Source of the DNA: a virus
Reading direction: 5' to 3' (one strand)
DNA: 64,000 nt
Virus record (IMG/VR): IMGVR_UViG_3300045988_047309
Location: 1 to 64,000 of that record
Shown here piece by piece: positions 19,916-29,304 of this stretch; positions within the stretch are counted from its first letter, which is position 1; every line of letters starts with the position of its first letter. The notes below the pieces were generated by a model that saw nothing but the letters and a program-made list of their open reading frames with translations, was not told the origin of the DNA and ran no database searches. Both the position numbers and the translations under genes were made by a program.

Positions 19916-20392
19916 ATGAAACAAGATGATGATGACCAACGGGTCAGAAAATTGATAGGAGAGATAACTAAACTTCTCCCTGAACGCAGTAAAATAAAAA
20001 CAGATTTACTTTACTTTAAGTATGCACCAATCTTGGTCATGCTTATCAGATGGTATGGTATATCTCAATTCTATGACAACAATATGGAGATTACACTATG
20101 GTACGAAGAGAACGAAGAACCCGTCTGGTTCTTCTATTTCATCACTTATATCCTTTACCCTATTTCCCTTTGGAAAGGGCAGGTGTTACACAGATTGTGT
20201 GTAGAATGGCGAATACCTATCTTGTATATTGCAGGAGTCAATGTGATACACATCATGTTCGGTTCTATTGTTGTCACAAACGATATGTATTATTGTGATA
20301 TGTTCCTGATTACACTCATTCTAATTCTATATGCTTATGTCGCAATTAGTAAATTACAGAATCATAGAGGCAGGACTTCGTGTTCTTGCTGA
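19916..20392 (+). CDS. multi-pass membrane protein (158 aa)
   Basis: Several hydrophobic helices in an AT-rich island between structural operons. Confidence 0.5.
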   Translation: MKQDDDDQRVRKLIGEITKLLPERSKIKTDLLYFKYAPILVMLIRWYGISQFYDNNMEITLWYEENEEPVWFFYFITYILYPISLWKGQVLHRLCVEWRIPILYIAGVNVIHIMFGSIVVTNDMYYCDMFLITLILILYAYVAISKLQNHRGRTSCSC

Positions 20393-20708
20393 TAAAGCGC
20401 ATGAATCAGCAGTAGCGCAAGAAGAAGGCAAACCAATACCTTGTGGTCTGTCAGAAGGGGACTTGGAACTGGTAGCACTCCTTACTGCCATGATGAATGA
20501 TACGCAAGCCAATAAGGGTTGGTGTGCCCACGAAATGGGTAAGTCTATCTCGTCATTCGAGAAGTATGTTCACGATGGCAAGATACCAGAAGGCATCCAT
20601 GACCAGTTCGGGCATGAGAAAAAATGGAATAAATCCCTTATCCGATTCTTTGCTAATAAGAAGGCTTTCTTCCGTAAGCAAGCAAAGAAGTATGGCATAA
20701 ATATTTAG
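20331..20708 (+). CDS. small HTH-like protein, start uncertain
   Basis: GWCAHEMGKSISSFEKYVHDGKIPEG resembles a helix-turn-helix. The annotated start overlaps the previous ORF, so an internal Met near 20491 is possible. Confidence 0.4.
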   Translation: MLMSQLVNYRIIEAGLRVLADKAHESAVAQEEGKPIPCGLSEGDLELVALLTAMMNDTQANKGWCAHEMGKSISSFEKYVHDGKIPEGIHDQFGHEKKWNKSLIRFFANKKAFFRKQAKKYGINI

Positions 20709-20913
20709 GAATAGCTAAACTGATATATAGGAGAAACTAAATAGCCTCTCCTAAACTCTTATGACCTTTTCCGTAATCACAAATCGCTGCTATTCAAATA
20801 CTTAAACAACCTTTTACGAGTTTATCTATCTCTATCCATATTATTCGTATCTTTGTGCTCGTAACGTTACGTAGTATTAATCAATTAATGTTTAACAAAA
20901 GATTCAGGATAAT

Positions 20914-21849
20914 ATGGAAAGTAAAACGTATGTATTCGGAAATGAAGGCTCCACATCTAACAATGGGATGCTCGGTCTTCTTGCACCTCTGCTCCAGAAG
21001 CAGGGTATTGATCCAAATGTCCTCCTTGCCATGAAGGGAAACAATGGTTTCGGTGGCGAAGGTGGATGGTTCATGTGGGTAATCTTCCTTTTCTTCCTCA
21101 TGGGCTGGGGAGGCGGCTGGGGAGGTTTCGGCAATAACGGTCGTGGTGGTCTCGCCAACGAGATTAACAATGACTATGGTCGTGGTCTCCTGATGGATGC
21201 CATCGGTGGCAACCGCAATGCACTCAGCAATTTGGCTACCCAGTTGAACTGCACCGAAGGTCAGATTCAGAGTGCTATTTCTGCCCTGACCTCTCAGGTT
21301 CAGAATGTAGGTAATCAGGTAGGTATGAGCGGTATGCAGACTATCAATGCCTTGCAGCAGGGTAATATGCAGATTGCTCAGCAGATTGCAAACTGCTGCT
21401 GCGAGAACCGCTTGGCTATCTGTCAGCAGACTGGAACCTTGCAGAATGCCATCAACAGCGTGGCAGTAGGTCAGGAGCGTACAGCTTCCTCTCTCGCTTA
21501 TGCTACTCAGCAGCAGACTTGTGACTTGCACAACGCTATCAAGGAAAGCACTCAGACTATCGTTGATGGTCAGAAGCAAGCCGAGATGCGTGAGATGCAG
21601 AACAAGATTGACTCTCTGCGTGAGGAGAACAGCACCTTCAAGTCTTCTGCAATGACCTCTCAGATTGTAGGTCAGGCGGTGGCTCCTATCAATGCGGTAT
21701 TGGCTGGTTTGCAGAACGAGGTGGCTGGTATCAAGTGTAAGTTGCCTGAGACCGTGACTACTCCTTACAGTCCATTTACTGCGGTTCCTAACTGCGTGGC
21801 TTATCAGTATGGTTTGAACGCTGCTAACAATGCAGGGTTCTGGGGTTAA
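20914..21849 (+). CDS. Gly/Trp-rich membrane-anchored, Gln-rich protein (311 aa)
   Basis: GFGGEGGWFMWVIFLFFLMGWGGGWGGFGNNGRGG, then a Gln/Asn-rich repeat-like body containing a CCC triplet. Confidence 0.6.
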   Translation: MESKTYVFGNEGSTSNNGMLGLLAPLLQKQGIDPNVLLAMKGNNGFGGEGGWFMWVIFLFFLMGWGGGWGGFGNNGRGGLANEINNDYGRGLLMDAIGGNRNALSNLATQLNCTEGQIQSAISALTSQVQNVGNQVGMSGMQTINALQQGNMQIAQQIANCCCENRLAICQQTGTLQNAINSVAVGQERTASSLAYATQQQTCDLHNAIKESTQTIVDGQKQAEMREMQNKIDSLREENSTFKSSAMTSQIVGQAVAPINAVLAGLQNEVAGIKCKLPETVTTPYSPFTAVPNCVAYQYGLNAANNAGFWG

Positions 21850-21866
21850 TTGGAAAGGAGGCTGCT

Positions 21867-22211
21867 ATGCTTTGGTTAAGACCATTTACATGGGTGAATC
21901 GTAACGGCTCGGCGGCTATCGCTTCTACTGGTGTAAAGGTGAATACTACCGATGTGGTGTTCACCTTCAAAAACCACGCTTTCGTGAATGCCAACTACAG
22001 GGGTACGATTTTCGTAAACCTGATGCAGGCTATTCCGACTGGAACGACTGGTACGCTGCCTATCCTTTTCGAAACCAACGGAGCGACACAAGCTGTGAGC
22101 AAGTTCAATGGCGCACCATTGACGGTTGCAGATGTGCCTGGTACTGGAGTAGTTCAACTCTGGTTTGAGAGAGACACTAACACCCTTCAACTTATGACGG
22201 GTATTGTTTAA
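21867..22211 (+). CDS. hypothetical structural-module protein (114 aa)
   Basis: Tight spacing after 20914..21849. Beta-rich composition. Confidence 0.5.
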   Translation: MLWLRPFTWVNRNGSAAIASTGVKVNTTDVVFTFKNHAFVNANYRGTIFVNLMQAIPTGTTGTLPILFETNGATQAVSKFNGAPLTVADVPGTGVVQLWFERDTNTLQLMTGIV

Positions 22212-22238
22212 CAAGAATAGATAATAGGAGATTACATT

Positions 22239-22739
22239 ATGTTTCAAGGTTTAAGAACTAATTCCTTATTTTATGTTCTCGACAAGGGCGAAAACCCGAA
22301 TTTACGAATCGGTCAGGTGGTTTCGGTAAGCAATCCTCAGACGAAATACCCTACCTTTAACAACGGCTTTACTCCTCAGCCTATGGAGACTGTGGTTGAT
22401 GTGAAGGTGAAGCTGGGTGACGAGGAAGTGGATTTCAAGCAATTGCCAGCAAACGGACAGATAGCCAACGACAAGAATCTTGTGGTTAGCGACAATAAGG
22501 ATGCCATGAGTGCAGAGGTGGATACTATGCTGAGACAATCCAAGGCGATACTGGAGAGCGTAGATTACAACAAGAGGGTAGTAGAATCTTGTGAAGGAAT
22601 GCTACAGCAACTCAACCCACAGATAGCCAAGGAGAAGGAACAGACCGAGAAAATCAACAAACTGGAAGGTAAGGTTTCAGGCATTGAGGGCAAGATTGAC
22701 AAGATGATGGGATGGCTCCAGCAGACCATGAGCAAGTAA
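22239..22739 (+). CDS. hypothetical protein with C-terminal coiled coil (166 aa)
   Basis: ORF structure and operon context. Confidence 0.5.
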   Translation: MFQGLRTNSLFYVLDKGENPNLRIGQVVSVSNPQTKYPTFNNGFTPQPMETVVDVKVKLGDEEVDFKQLPANGQIANDKNLVVSDNKDAMSAEVDTMLRQSKAILESVDYNKRVVESCEGMLQQLNPQIAKEKEQTEKINKLEGKVSGIEGKIDKMMGWLQQTMSK

Positions 22740-22770
22740 TCTCCTACCTATCTATTCATTTTAATATCTT

Positions 22771-23058
22771 ATGATTATGGTAATGATTGAGATTACAGAA
22801 GATAAGTTCGATGATTTGTATGACAACATCGAGTCTATGCTTGGTTTTGGCAGCAAGGCTATGTCTTGTCTGAAAAAGATGAAGCAGGAGCGTATGGGTG
22901 AACGTATGCCTGATTATCGTGACGATTGGAGAAGAGAACGTGAGGAGCGTGAAGAGCGTGAGAACAGACGTAGATTCAATAACGTCAACGATGATTGGAA
23001 CTACCCGAACCGCTATGGTGAAAGAGGTGGTGGCGGCTACAATGGTGGCGGTCGCTAA
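22771..23058 (+). CDS. Arg/Glu-rich protein with Gly-rich tail (95 aa)
   Basis: RREREEREERENRRR...GGGGYNGGGR. Confidence 0.45.
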   Translation: MIMVMIEITEDKFDDLYDNIESMLGFGSKAMSCLKKMKQERMGERMPDYRDDWRREREEREERENRRRFNNVNDDWNYPNRYGERGGGGYNGGGR

Positions 23059-23125
23059 TGTTTAACTTGGGAGTTTTGGTAGTGACATTTATGTCGGAAC
23101 CAGACTCCCTTTAATATTCAGCAAT

Positions 23126-23554
23126 ATGGGAAAATGCAGAATGCCATTGGATATGTATGACATTAAGCCTGAGGGAATGGTTTCTTATCTCAGATACAAT
23201 GGCTATCATTTCAGCAAGAAGATGTGCGAGTGGGCGGTAAGCCTGATGTATAAGTACGACCCTTCCTCCAAGCGTGATGTAAGTATCTCGTTTTGGGATA
23301 AGGAGAAGGTGGATGCCTTGTTGCTTGGTCAGGGAGTAGAGGTGAAGAATAAGATAGGCTACGACCATGTATATGTGGCGAATATGGCGAGGGCAGACTT
23401 CTACAAGTCTTCCATCAAGGATGAGGAGCAGTTAGCTCAGTTTATCAAGGATATGGTTGATGATGCCGACCAGAAGGACGGTTTTATCTTTAACAGATTC
23501 TATGCCGACTGCTGCCATAACGGTGTACCTATTCCATGGGAAGATGTACTATGA
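23126..23554 (+). CDS. hypothetical protein (142 aa)
   Basis: Clean ORF whose stop overlaps the next start (ATGA). Confidence 0.5.
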   Translation: MGKCRMPLDMYDIKPEGMVSYLRYNGYHFSKKMCEWAVSLMYKYDPSSKRDVSISFWDKEKVDALLLGQGVEVKNKIGYDHVYVANMARADFYKSSIKDEEQLAQFIKDMVDDADQKDGFIFNRFYADCCHNGVPIPWEDVL

Positions 23555-23934
23555 TCAGGAGAGCAATACAACTTCCGAAGTACGATTGGAGCATAGTATG
23601 TTTCATAGGTTATCAGCCAGATGATGCCGATGAGATATGCCATGCTCTTTCTGATATAGGCTGCAACGGAAATCCGCTATCAGAAGCATACGAGCATCTG
23701 TCTTTATCGAGTGGAGATAGGGGACTTACCTATTCCAATCTATCAGGAAGAAGGAGTGTGCTTGCCATTGGGAAATGTGAAGCTGATAGCAGCATCATCA
23801 ATACTATCGGGCATGAGCTTCTTCATGTGGTAGCACATATCTGTGAGCAGGATGGGATAGATATGATGAGCGAGGAGCCGTGTTATATCATGGGCAGCCT
23901 TTGCGAGCAGTTCTTCCAGGCAGTGCAACAATAA
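23551..23934 (+). CDS. small HExxH protein, putative minimal zincin-like metallopeptidase (127 aa)
   Basis: INTIGHELLHVVAH motif. Start chosen at the ATGA overlap with the upstream stop. Confidence 0.45.
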   Translation: MIRRAIQLPKYDWSIVCFIGYQPDDADEICHALSDIGCNGNPLSEAYEHLSLSSGDRGLTYSNLSGRRSVLAIGKCEADSSIINTIGHELLHVVAHICEQDGIDMMSEEPCYIMGSLCEQFFQAVQQ

Positions 23935-23935
23935 A

Positions 23936-23967
23936 AAAGATAGGTAAAATTTAATCTACCTATCTTT
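23936..23967. terminator. bidirectional terminator hairpin
   Basis: AAAGATAGGTA (23936-46) pairs with TACCTATCTTT (23957-67). Flanked by A-run and T-run between convergent genes. Confidence 0.7.
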
Positions 23968-23989
23968 TTGTCTGTAAAGCGGTTTACTA

Positions 23990-24211
23990 TTATTGCCACA
24001 ACAAAATATGAAAAACAGAACCTACTATTATCACAAAAGAGTATCTAATAATATCTTCCCACTCAAACTTTGCCAAGTGATAGTGTTTGTACTGGTAATA
24101 TTCCCTTACCACCATGATAGGCAAGGCAAGCAAACCTACCAATATACTGACAAGTAGCCAACAAGCAAGGCCAATCCAGTCTCGCTTGTTTAATTTTAAC
24201 ACATTCTTCAT
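23990..24211 (-). CDS. small membrane protein
   Basis: Two hydrophobic helices. Start chosen to minimise overlap with the upstream gene. Confidence 0.45.
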   Translation of the reverse strand: MKNVLKLNKRDWIGLACWLLVSILVGLLALPIMVVREYYQYKHYHLAKFEWEDIIRYSFVIIVGSVFHILLWQ

Positions 24212-24735
24212 AACGCACATGCCCAATAAGTAATATACACGTCAAGAAATCCTGCTACCTCTGCCATGTACCAGACAGGCTTACACTCGCCATCATCTTC
24301 CGAATAGCCCACAAGCAACAGATAGATAAATGCAAGAATCGCTGTAGGCACCCAGCACACAGACAGACACCAGCCAACGCACCCTGCCGCAGCTACAATA
24401 GCCCCTCCTTTATGAATAGGGTAGGCATCGGCATCAAGATAATTTGGTGCAGCACCAACGAACATCAGTCCTCCACAGCCGATAAAGGCGAGGCATTGAA
24501 CACCCTTGCCTGTGTCGAGCAAAGGAATGAGCATCGATATTGCACACGTAACCATAACGGCCGTGAATACCCATCCATAGTTCCGCTTGCGCTTATCGCC
24601 AATTACCTCGCTGCCCGTGCAATCCTGTAGCTGGTAATACACGTCACTCACCATTGCAGGAACACCAAACCTCATTGCTGCAAGAAGCAGAAACCCTCCA
24701 AGTAAGAGGAAAGAAATAACACTCAGTATATACAT
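24208..24735 (-). CDS. multi-pass membrane protein (175 aa)
   Basis: About five hydrophobic helices. Distal end of the tail-fibre operon. Confidence 0.5.
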   Translation of the reverse strand: MYILSVISFLLLGGFLLLAAMRFGVPAMVSDVYYQLQDCTGSEVIGDKRKRNYGWVFTAVMVTCAISMLIPLLDTGKGVQCLAFIGCGGLMFVGAAPNYLDADAYPIHKGGAIVAAAGCVGWCLSVCWVPTAILAFIYLLLVGYSEDDGECKPVWYMAEVAGFLDVYITYWACAL

Positions 24736-24793
24736 AGTCTTATTATTTTAGTTGTTAAACTACTATCATTTTGCTGACATCGGCAATATGATC

Positions 24794-25312
24794 CTACACA
24801 CTCATCTCAAGCATCTTCGGGTAGCCTTTCTTGTAATCGTAAGCCTCTACCTCCTCAATGGTTGTCAGCTCACTTACAACCGCCTTGTGGCTTGCCGTAA
24901 CGTTAAAGCACTCCAGGGCGTACATCTCAAGCACTGAGAGCAACTGAATAGCCTTGTCACAATCCACCACCAGTTTGATGCCTTTAAGCCACAGAGTTGT
25001 CGTTTGCTGTCCTGCCGCCTTGGCGATAGTGGTGGAGTTCATCAATCCCACACGAGTCGCCTTGTCAAGCCAAACAAGTAGTCCGTTCAGTATAAAGCCG
25101 TTCACCGATGATGAGGTATCGTAGGCTGTAATTTCAGCTATCTTCTCGACCTTTGCCTGTTCAAGCTTCTCTGACTCCGTAGGTACAGGCTCTTGATATT
25201 CCTTGTAGCCTGCCTGTCGCAGCATATCCTCTGTTGGGTTACACACCACGCATCCGTTTAACTCTATGGTGTCGGATGCAAAGACACCATTCTTAATCCA
25301 TTTCTTTGTCAT
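24794..25312 (-). CDS. DUF4376-like tail-fibre-associated protein
   Basis: EKIAEITAYDTSSSVNGF...WLDKATRVGL...LEMYALECFNVT...EEVEAYDYKKGYP matches the pattern I recall for DUF4376. Confidence 0.6.
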   Translation of the reverse strand: MTKKWIKNGVFASDTIELNGCVVCNPTEDMLRQAGYKEYQEPVPTESEKLEQAKVEKIAEITAYDTSSSVNGFILNGLLVWLDKATRVGLMNSTTIAKAAGQQTTTLWLKGIKLVVDCDKAIQLLSVLEMYALECFNVTASHKAVVSELTTIEEVEAYDYKKGYPKMLEMSV

Positions 25313-25341
25313 ACTTTATTTAATTCATTATTTAATTGTTA

Positions 25342-25950
25342 TTAACTTTTTGTAAATTCTATTTCATTAGAACTTGTATAGAACTTATTCTCAACTTTGT
25401 CTAATAGCCCTATCTTACCGTCGCTTCTGCGGCGAACAGGAATAAAGTCTCTAAGAAGCTTATTACCATTATAGATTCTTACATAGTAAACAAAGCCATA
25501 ACAAAACTTTTCATATAAGAAGAACAACTTTATCGTTCTGTTAGTAAAATAACTCTTTCTTCCTGCCTTAGGTGAAATAAGGTAATTATCATCCAATTTA
25601 GCCCAAAATTCATTTTCTCCGATTCCGTTTTGAAACTTGTATTCATGTGGCTCTGTTAGCAGCGTCTTGTAAAGATTGATATTTTCGTAAACAGCACCGC
25701 AACCTTGAATAAAAGTATTAGTTGTTTCGCTTCCATTTTTTCCACTATAAAATCTATCTTTATCTCCAGTAGCCAAACTACTTGACATAAAACGGAATGA
25801 CCAAGGCACAAAAGAAGGAGCCGAGAATTTAATATGAAAGATATAATTTCCTTCAGGGAAACCAGTATCAACATATCCACCATTAGTATATAAGCAATCC
25901 AAAATTTCATATTTTGTTTTGAATAACAGTTTTCTTCTTAAAGTTCTCAT
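25342..25950 (-). CDS. AT-rich distal tail-fibre / receptor-binding candidate (202 aa)
   Basis: ATGA overlap with the tail-fibre gene. The C-terminal ...LLRDFIPVRR..GKIGLLDKVENKFYTS motif is common in gut-phage fibre tips. Confidence 0.45.
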   Translation of the reverse strand: MRTLRRKLLFKTKYEILDCLYTNGGYVDTGFPEGNYIFHIKFSAPSFVPWSFRFMSSSLATGDKDRFYSGKNGSETTNTFIQGCGAVYENINLYKTLLTEPHEYKFQNGIGENEFWAKLDDNYLISPKAGRKSYFTNRTIKLFFLYEKFCYGFVYYVRIYNGNKLLRDFIPVRRRSDGKIGLLDKVENKFYTSSNEIEFTKS

Positions 25951-27368
25951 ACACTTTCCTCCTCTGTATTAAGTCTCCACTCTTGACAAAGGCCATAGTA
26001 CTTGCCACCTGTATATCTGATATTAAATTCGTAATGGGTATTTACATTTACGTTTGGCGTTTCTCCCCAAATTACGTTTGATGGAAAAGTTATCGTTGGT
26101 GCAGTAACTCCTGTGTCAAAGCTACCTTGATACTCGTTGGTTATTGTAGTATCTGTTGGTGGTGTTAATGCAAGAGTGAGAGATTCTCCAATAGCTATAT
26201 TATAAACCTTATTTGGTTCAAGTGTAACAGTATCACCACTTACGGGAACTTCTATGTTAGGTAACTTAACTAAATCGGTATATTTATTAACCTCTACCAT
26301 AGCTACTTCCTTGCAGCTTTCTACTACTTTGTCCTGCAAAGTTTTTAGCTGCTCTGGGGTAAAGTCGTCATAGGTAAAAGCGTCTCCCTTATCACCAATA
26401 TCTCCCTTTTCGCCTTTTATATTCTTAAAGTTGAAAGAAAGTTTTTGCTTGTTGTTTTCTACAGATTGATTTATCTCTACAGAAGGAGTTCCTACAGCAT
26501 TATCTACACTTCCCTCAGCAGTAATATTGAGGTCTAAAGTTTTCTTAACTCCTGTTCTGTCTGTTACCTCAAAGATATTTCCTTCCGTGATAGTTGCATT
26601 GACTTTCTCTGCGCCAGTAGTAGCTTTATTAGTATTATCGGCAGCGGTATTAGCAGCGTTGATGGATGCAGTAAGGGCATTGAGGTCTATCTTGTCAAGT
26701 TTACCCTTGTCGGAAGGTGACATAAAGCCAGCACTACCAGGAGATATAAAAGGCTTGCTTTTTTCGCTGTCACTTAACTCGGAGTTAGAACGTGATGTGT
26801 TTGTTGGTGCTGTGGCTTTAGGGACAACAAGATATTGGTGTGAACCATCGGCAAACTCAATTCTGATAGCTGTTTCAGATGGTGTGTCATCATCGCCATT
26901 CCATGCATCATCCCAAACTGGATCGTAAAATTTCAACTTAGCCACAGCCCCAGCCTTTTTGACATACTCTTGAAGGTCGAAGGTAGGAACGAAGTCACCA
27001 AGTTTCTCCCATTTTGTTGCATCAACATCTCCAGCTAAATCGCCTGCGTCTGTCAGGTCACCTGTGTAGATGTATTCTGCGTATTTATTGTTATCGCCAT
27101 CCTTGTTGCCCTTGAGGATATAGATATGTTTTTTGATGTTGCGAATATCAGTAGGGAGTTCTGTTACAACCTCAAAGAAGGTGGTGTCAAGGTTGCCCAA
27201 CTGAGAGAGAGGGACATTACCGCCAGCATCAAGCGAGGCAATACCATTCGCTTTGCCTTTTGTGTTTGTAATTCCTTCCGCTGCTGCGTTTATCTTATCT
27301 CTGATACCAGAAAGAACCAATGCAAGTCCCTCTGCGTCAAGATAACTGTTATATGTTTCGTTACTCAT
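25947..27368 (-). CDS. tail fibre protein (473 aa)
   Basis: GIASLDAGGNVPLSQLG motif typical of phage fibres. Short collagen-like GEKGDIGDKGDA segment. Confidence 0.7.
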   Translation of the reverse strand: MSNETYNSYLDAEGLALVLSGIRDKINAAAEGITNTKGKANGIASLDAGGNVPLSQLGNLDTTFFEVVTELPTDIRNIKKHIYILKGNKDGDNNKYAEYIYTGDLTDAGDLAGDVDATKWEKLGDFVPTFDLQEYVKKAGAVAKLKFYDPVWDDAWNGDDDTPSETAIRIEFADGSHQYLVVPKATAPTNTSRSNSELSDSEKSKPFISPGSAGFMSPSDKGKLDKIDLNALTASINAANTAADNTNKATTGAEKVNATITEGNIFEVTDRTGVKKTLDLNITAEGSVDNAVGTPSVEINQSVENNKQKLSFNFKNIKGEKGDIGDKGDAFTYDDFTPEQLKTLQDKVVESCKEVAMVEVNKYTDLVKLPNIEVPVSGDTVTLEPNKVYNIAIGESLTLALTPPTDTTITNEYQGSFDTGVTAPTITFPSNVIWGETPNVNVNTHYEFNIRYTGGKYYGLCQEWRLNTEEESV

Positions 27369-27385
27369 ATTTATAGCTATTTAAA

Positions 27386-27925
27386 TTAACCAAATGCTAC
27401 TAAAAAACACTGCTGAATTTCACCGCTATTCAAAGGCTTGGCTACTCCTCCATTGTTATTAAGGAGACCAAGATTTGAACGGTCGTGGGTTTTGAAGCCT
27501 GCTGCCTCTACATTACCATAGAAAGAAGTGTCTCTCCAAATAGTTACCCATTGGGGAACAGATACACCTTGATCTTCGTCGTCATTAGCACCTATTGTAA
27601 CTTCAGCATTTCTTAGATTAATAAAAACAGGAGAACTACTGTTTGACTCAATACTATTGACTCTATCTATACTATTACCACCCATATCAAGAGTATTCTT
27701 CATGCTGTTGCCTCCATCCAGCCTGAGATATTCGTTTTTGAGTTTATCCCAAACAGCCTGAGCAATCTGCTCAATCTCTATCTTATCCGTGGTATTCACC
27801 TTTCCATCAAGGGACTCTTTGATGGATTTACCAGTCTCTTCGTCCTTGATATACCTCGAATATGTCAGAGTCTCGTCTTTGCGTCCGCTAACAAGGATGC
27901 TGTTGTACTTTTTACTTTCTGCCAT
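27386..27925 (-). CDS. tail fibre / adaptor protein
   Basis: YLRLDGGNSMKNTLDMGGNSIDRV motif typical of fibre proteins. Start taken at MAESKK next to the upstream stop. Confidence 0.55.
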   Translation of the reverse strand: MAESKKYNSILVSGRKDETLTYSRYIKDEETGKSIKESLDGKVNTTDKIEIEQIAQAVWDKLKNEYLRLDGGNSMKNTLDMGGNSIDRVNSIESNSSSPVFINLRNAEVTIGANDDEDQGVSVPQWVTIWRDTSFYGNVEAAGFKTHDRSNLGLLNNNGGVAKPLNSGEIQQCFLVAFG

Positions 27926-27926
27926 A

Positions 27927-28901
27927 TTATTCTTTAAGTTTAATTTGATATTCATTATCATCACCAGCTACCAGTTCGTCTGACCAGTAGTAGTAGAGGT
28001 CTCCCAATTTGGTGGTATTCAAAGAAGCCTCAAAACCACATTGGCTAAAGACAAGTGGCTGTCGGCTTGCGAACCAGATGTATGGTTTTTCTTCCGTTGT
28101 TGCGATGGTTAGAGTCTGTCCGACAAGTGTACCTTCGTACATTGTGAGGTCTGACATGTTCAACTCGCCCATATTCTTGGCTGCTGATGCGCCATAATAG
28201 CTTGCCTTTACAGTTCCGCTTGCCGTGATGGTAACATAACCCGATACGGCAGGAATGAATACCTTATGAGTCGTACTATTGTAATATTCAACAGTAACGT
28301 CCTTTCCGTCCATAATAATCTTCACCTGACCGATACTAAAACCTTCGATTGGTAGGAACTCAGCCTCCAACTTCTTGCCGTTTTTGACAGTTCCGTTGAT
28401 CACAAAATTCTCCTGATTTTCCACCATTTGAGTTTCGTCATTGATGGTGTAGCTGAACTTAGCGTTATCAACGATGAACGATACCGGGCAAGTTGACTGA
28501 TTGCTGGTCACGATGTAGTAACGAAGATTGAATAAGCCAGTATGCTCACCTTCTGTAACACCGATAGGAACATTGCTCATAGAGTTGTGCTCAACGATTC
28601 TCAGAAGGTTGCGCTCAATGCTGACCATTTCGCTACCATCATACTTCCATGACACCCTGACGTTGTAATTACCGCAATCAAGGGAAGAAGGAATGTCGCA
28701 TATCAGTACATTCCCTTGGATTCCTGCCACTTGTACTGGAATGGAAATCGTATCGCAGCAAAAACCCGACAACTCAACCCTGATGTCGGTAGCCAGACTC
28801 ATATCAAAGTCAACGAGTCGCTGGAACTCTTTCGATACGTCCATCTTCCGCACCAAGATGTGCAGTTTAAAACTATTACCTTTAACTATTTTATAAATCA
28901 T
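27927..28901 (-). CDS. structural protein (324 aa), Ig-like beta-rich
   Basis: First gene behind late-type promoter 28926-28968. Confidence 0.5.
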   Translation of the reverse strand: MIYKIVKGNSFKLHILVRKMDVSKEFQRLVDFDMSLATDIRVELSGFCCDTISIPVQVAGIQGNVLICDIPSSLDCGNYNVRVSWKYDGSEMVSIERNLLRIVEHNSMSNVPIGVTEGEHTGLFNLRYYIVTSNQSTCPVSFIVDNAKFSYTINDETQMVENQENFVINGTVKNGKKLEAEFLPIEGFSIGQVKIIMDGKDVTVEYYNSTTHKVFIPAVSGYVTITASGTVKASYYGASAAKNMGELNMSDLTMYEGTLVGQTLTIATTEEKPYIWFASRQPLVFSQCGFEASLNTTKLGDLYYYWSDELVAGDDNEYQIKLKE

Positions 28902-28925
28902 ATACGTATATTATTAATATATAAG

Positions 28926-28968
28926 CAAAGATAGGCAGAATTCAATCTACCTATCTCTTATCCGTTAA
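28926..28968 (-). promoter_or_regulatory. late-type promoter TTAACGGATAA-N24-TATCTTTG (minus strand)
   Basis: The plus strand shows CAAAGATA at 28926-33 and TTATCCGTTAA at 28958-68, with an exact 24-nt gap. Confidence 0.6.
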
Positions 28969-28973
28969 CCTTA

Positions 28974-29279
28974 CTAAATCAAGCCTTTCCATCTGAGGAA
29001 CTTGCGCTTGCGGCTCTCCTTACCCTTCTTGCTCTTGCAGTTGGTGTGATAGACACAATCTCGGAACAGGTCCCTGACCATCATGTCGTTGTCAACCAGT
29101 TTTGTTCTCTTGAACGTCTCGAAGAGAGAGCGGTTCATGATCATCAGATTACCCTTCTGCGTAGGAAGAACATAGAAGATTTCGCCATTGTTCTTCTTGG
29201 ATGCGTAGTCAGCCTTAGCCGTAGCTTGGCGGTACATGATTTCGCACTTGATGCGCTTGAAAATCTTTGTTACTTTCAT
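28974..29279 (-). CDS. hypothetical basic protein (101 aa)
   Basis: Last gene of the terminase operon. Confidence 0.5.
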   Translation of the reverse strand: MKVTKIFKRIKCEIMYRQATAKADYASKKNNGEIFYVLPTQKGNLMIMNRSLFETFKRTKLVDNDMMVRDLFRDCVYHTNCKSKKGKESRKRKFLRWKGLI

Positions 29280-29304
29280 AATCGTAATTATTAATTGTTT
29301 GAAA

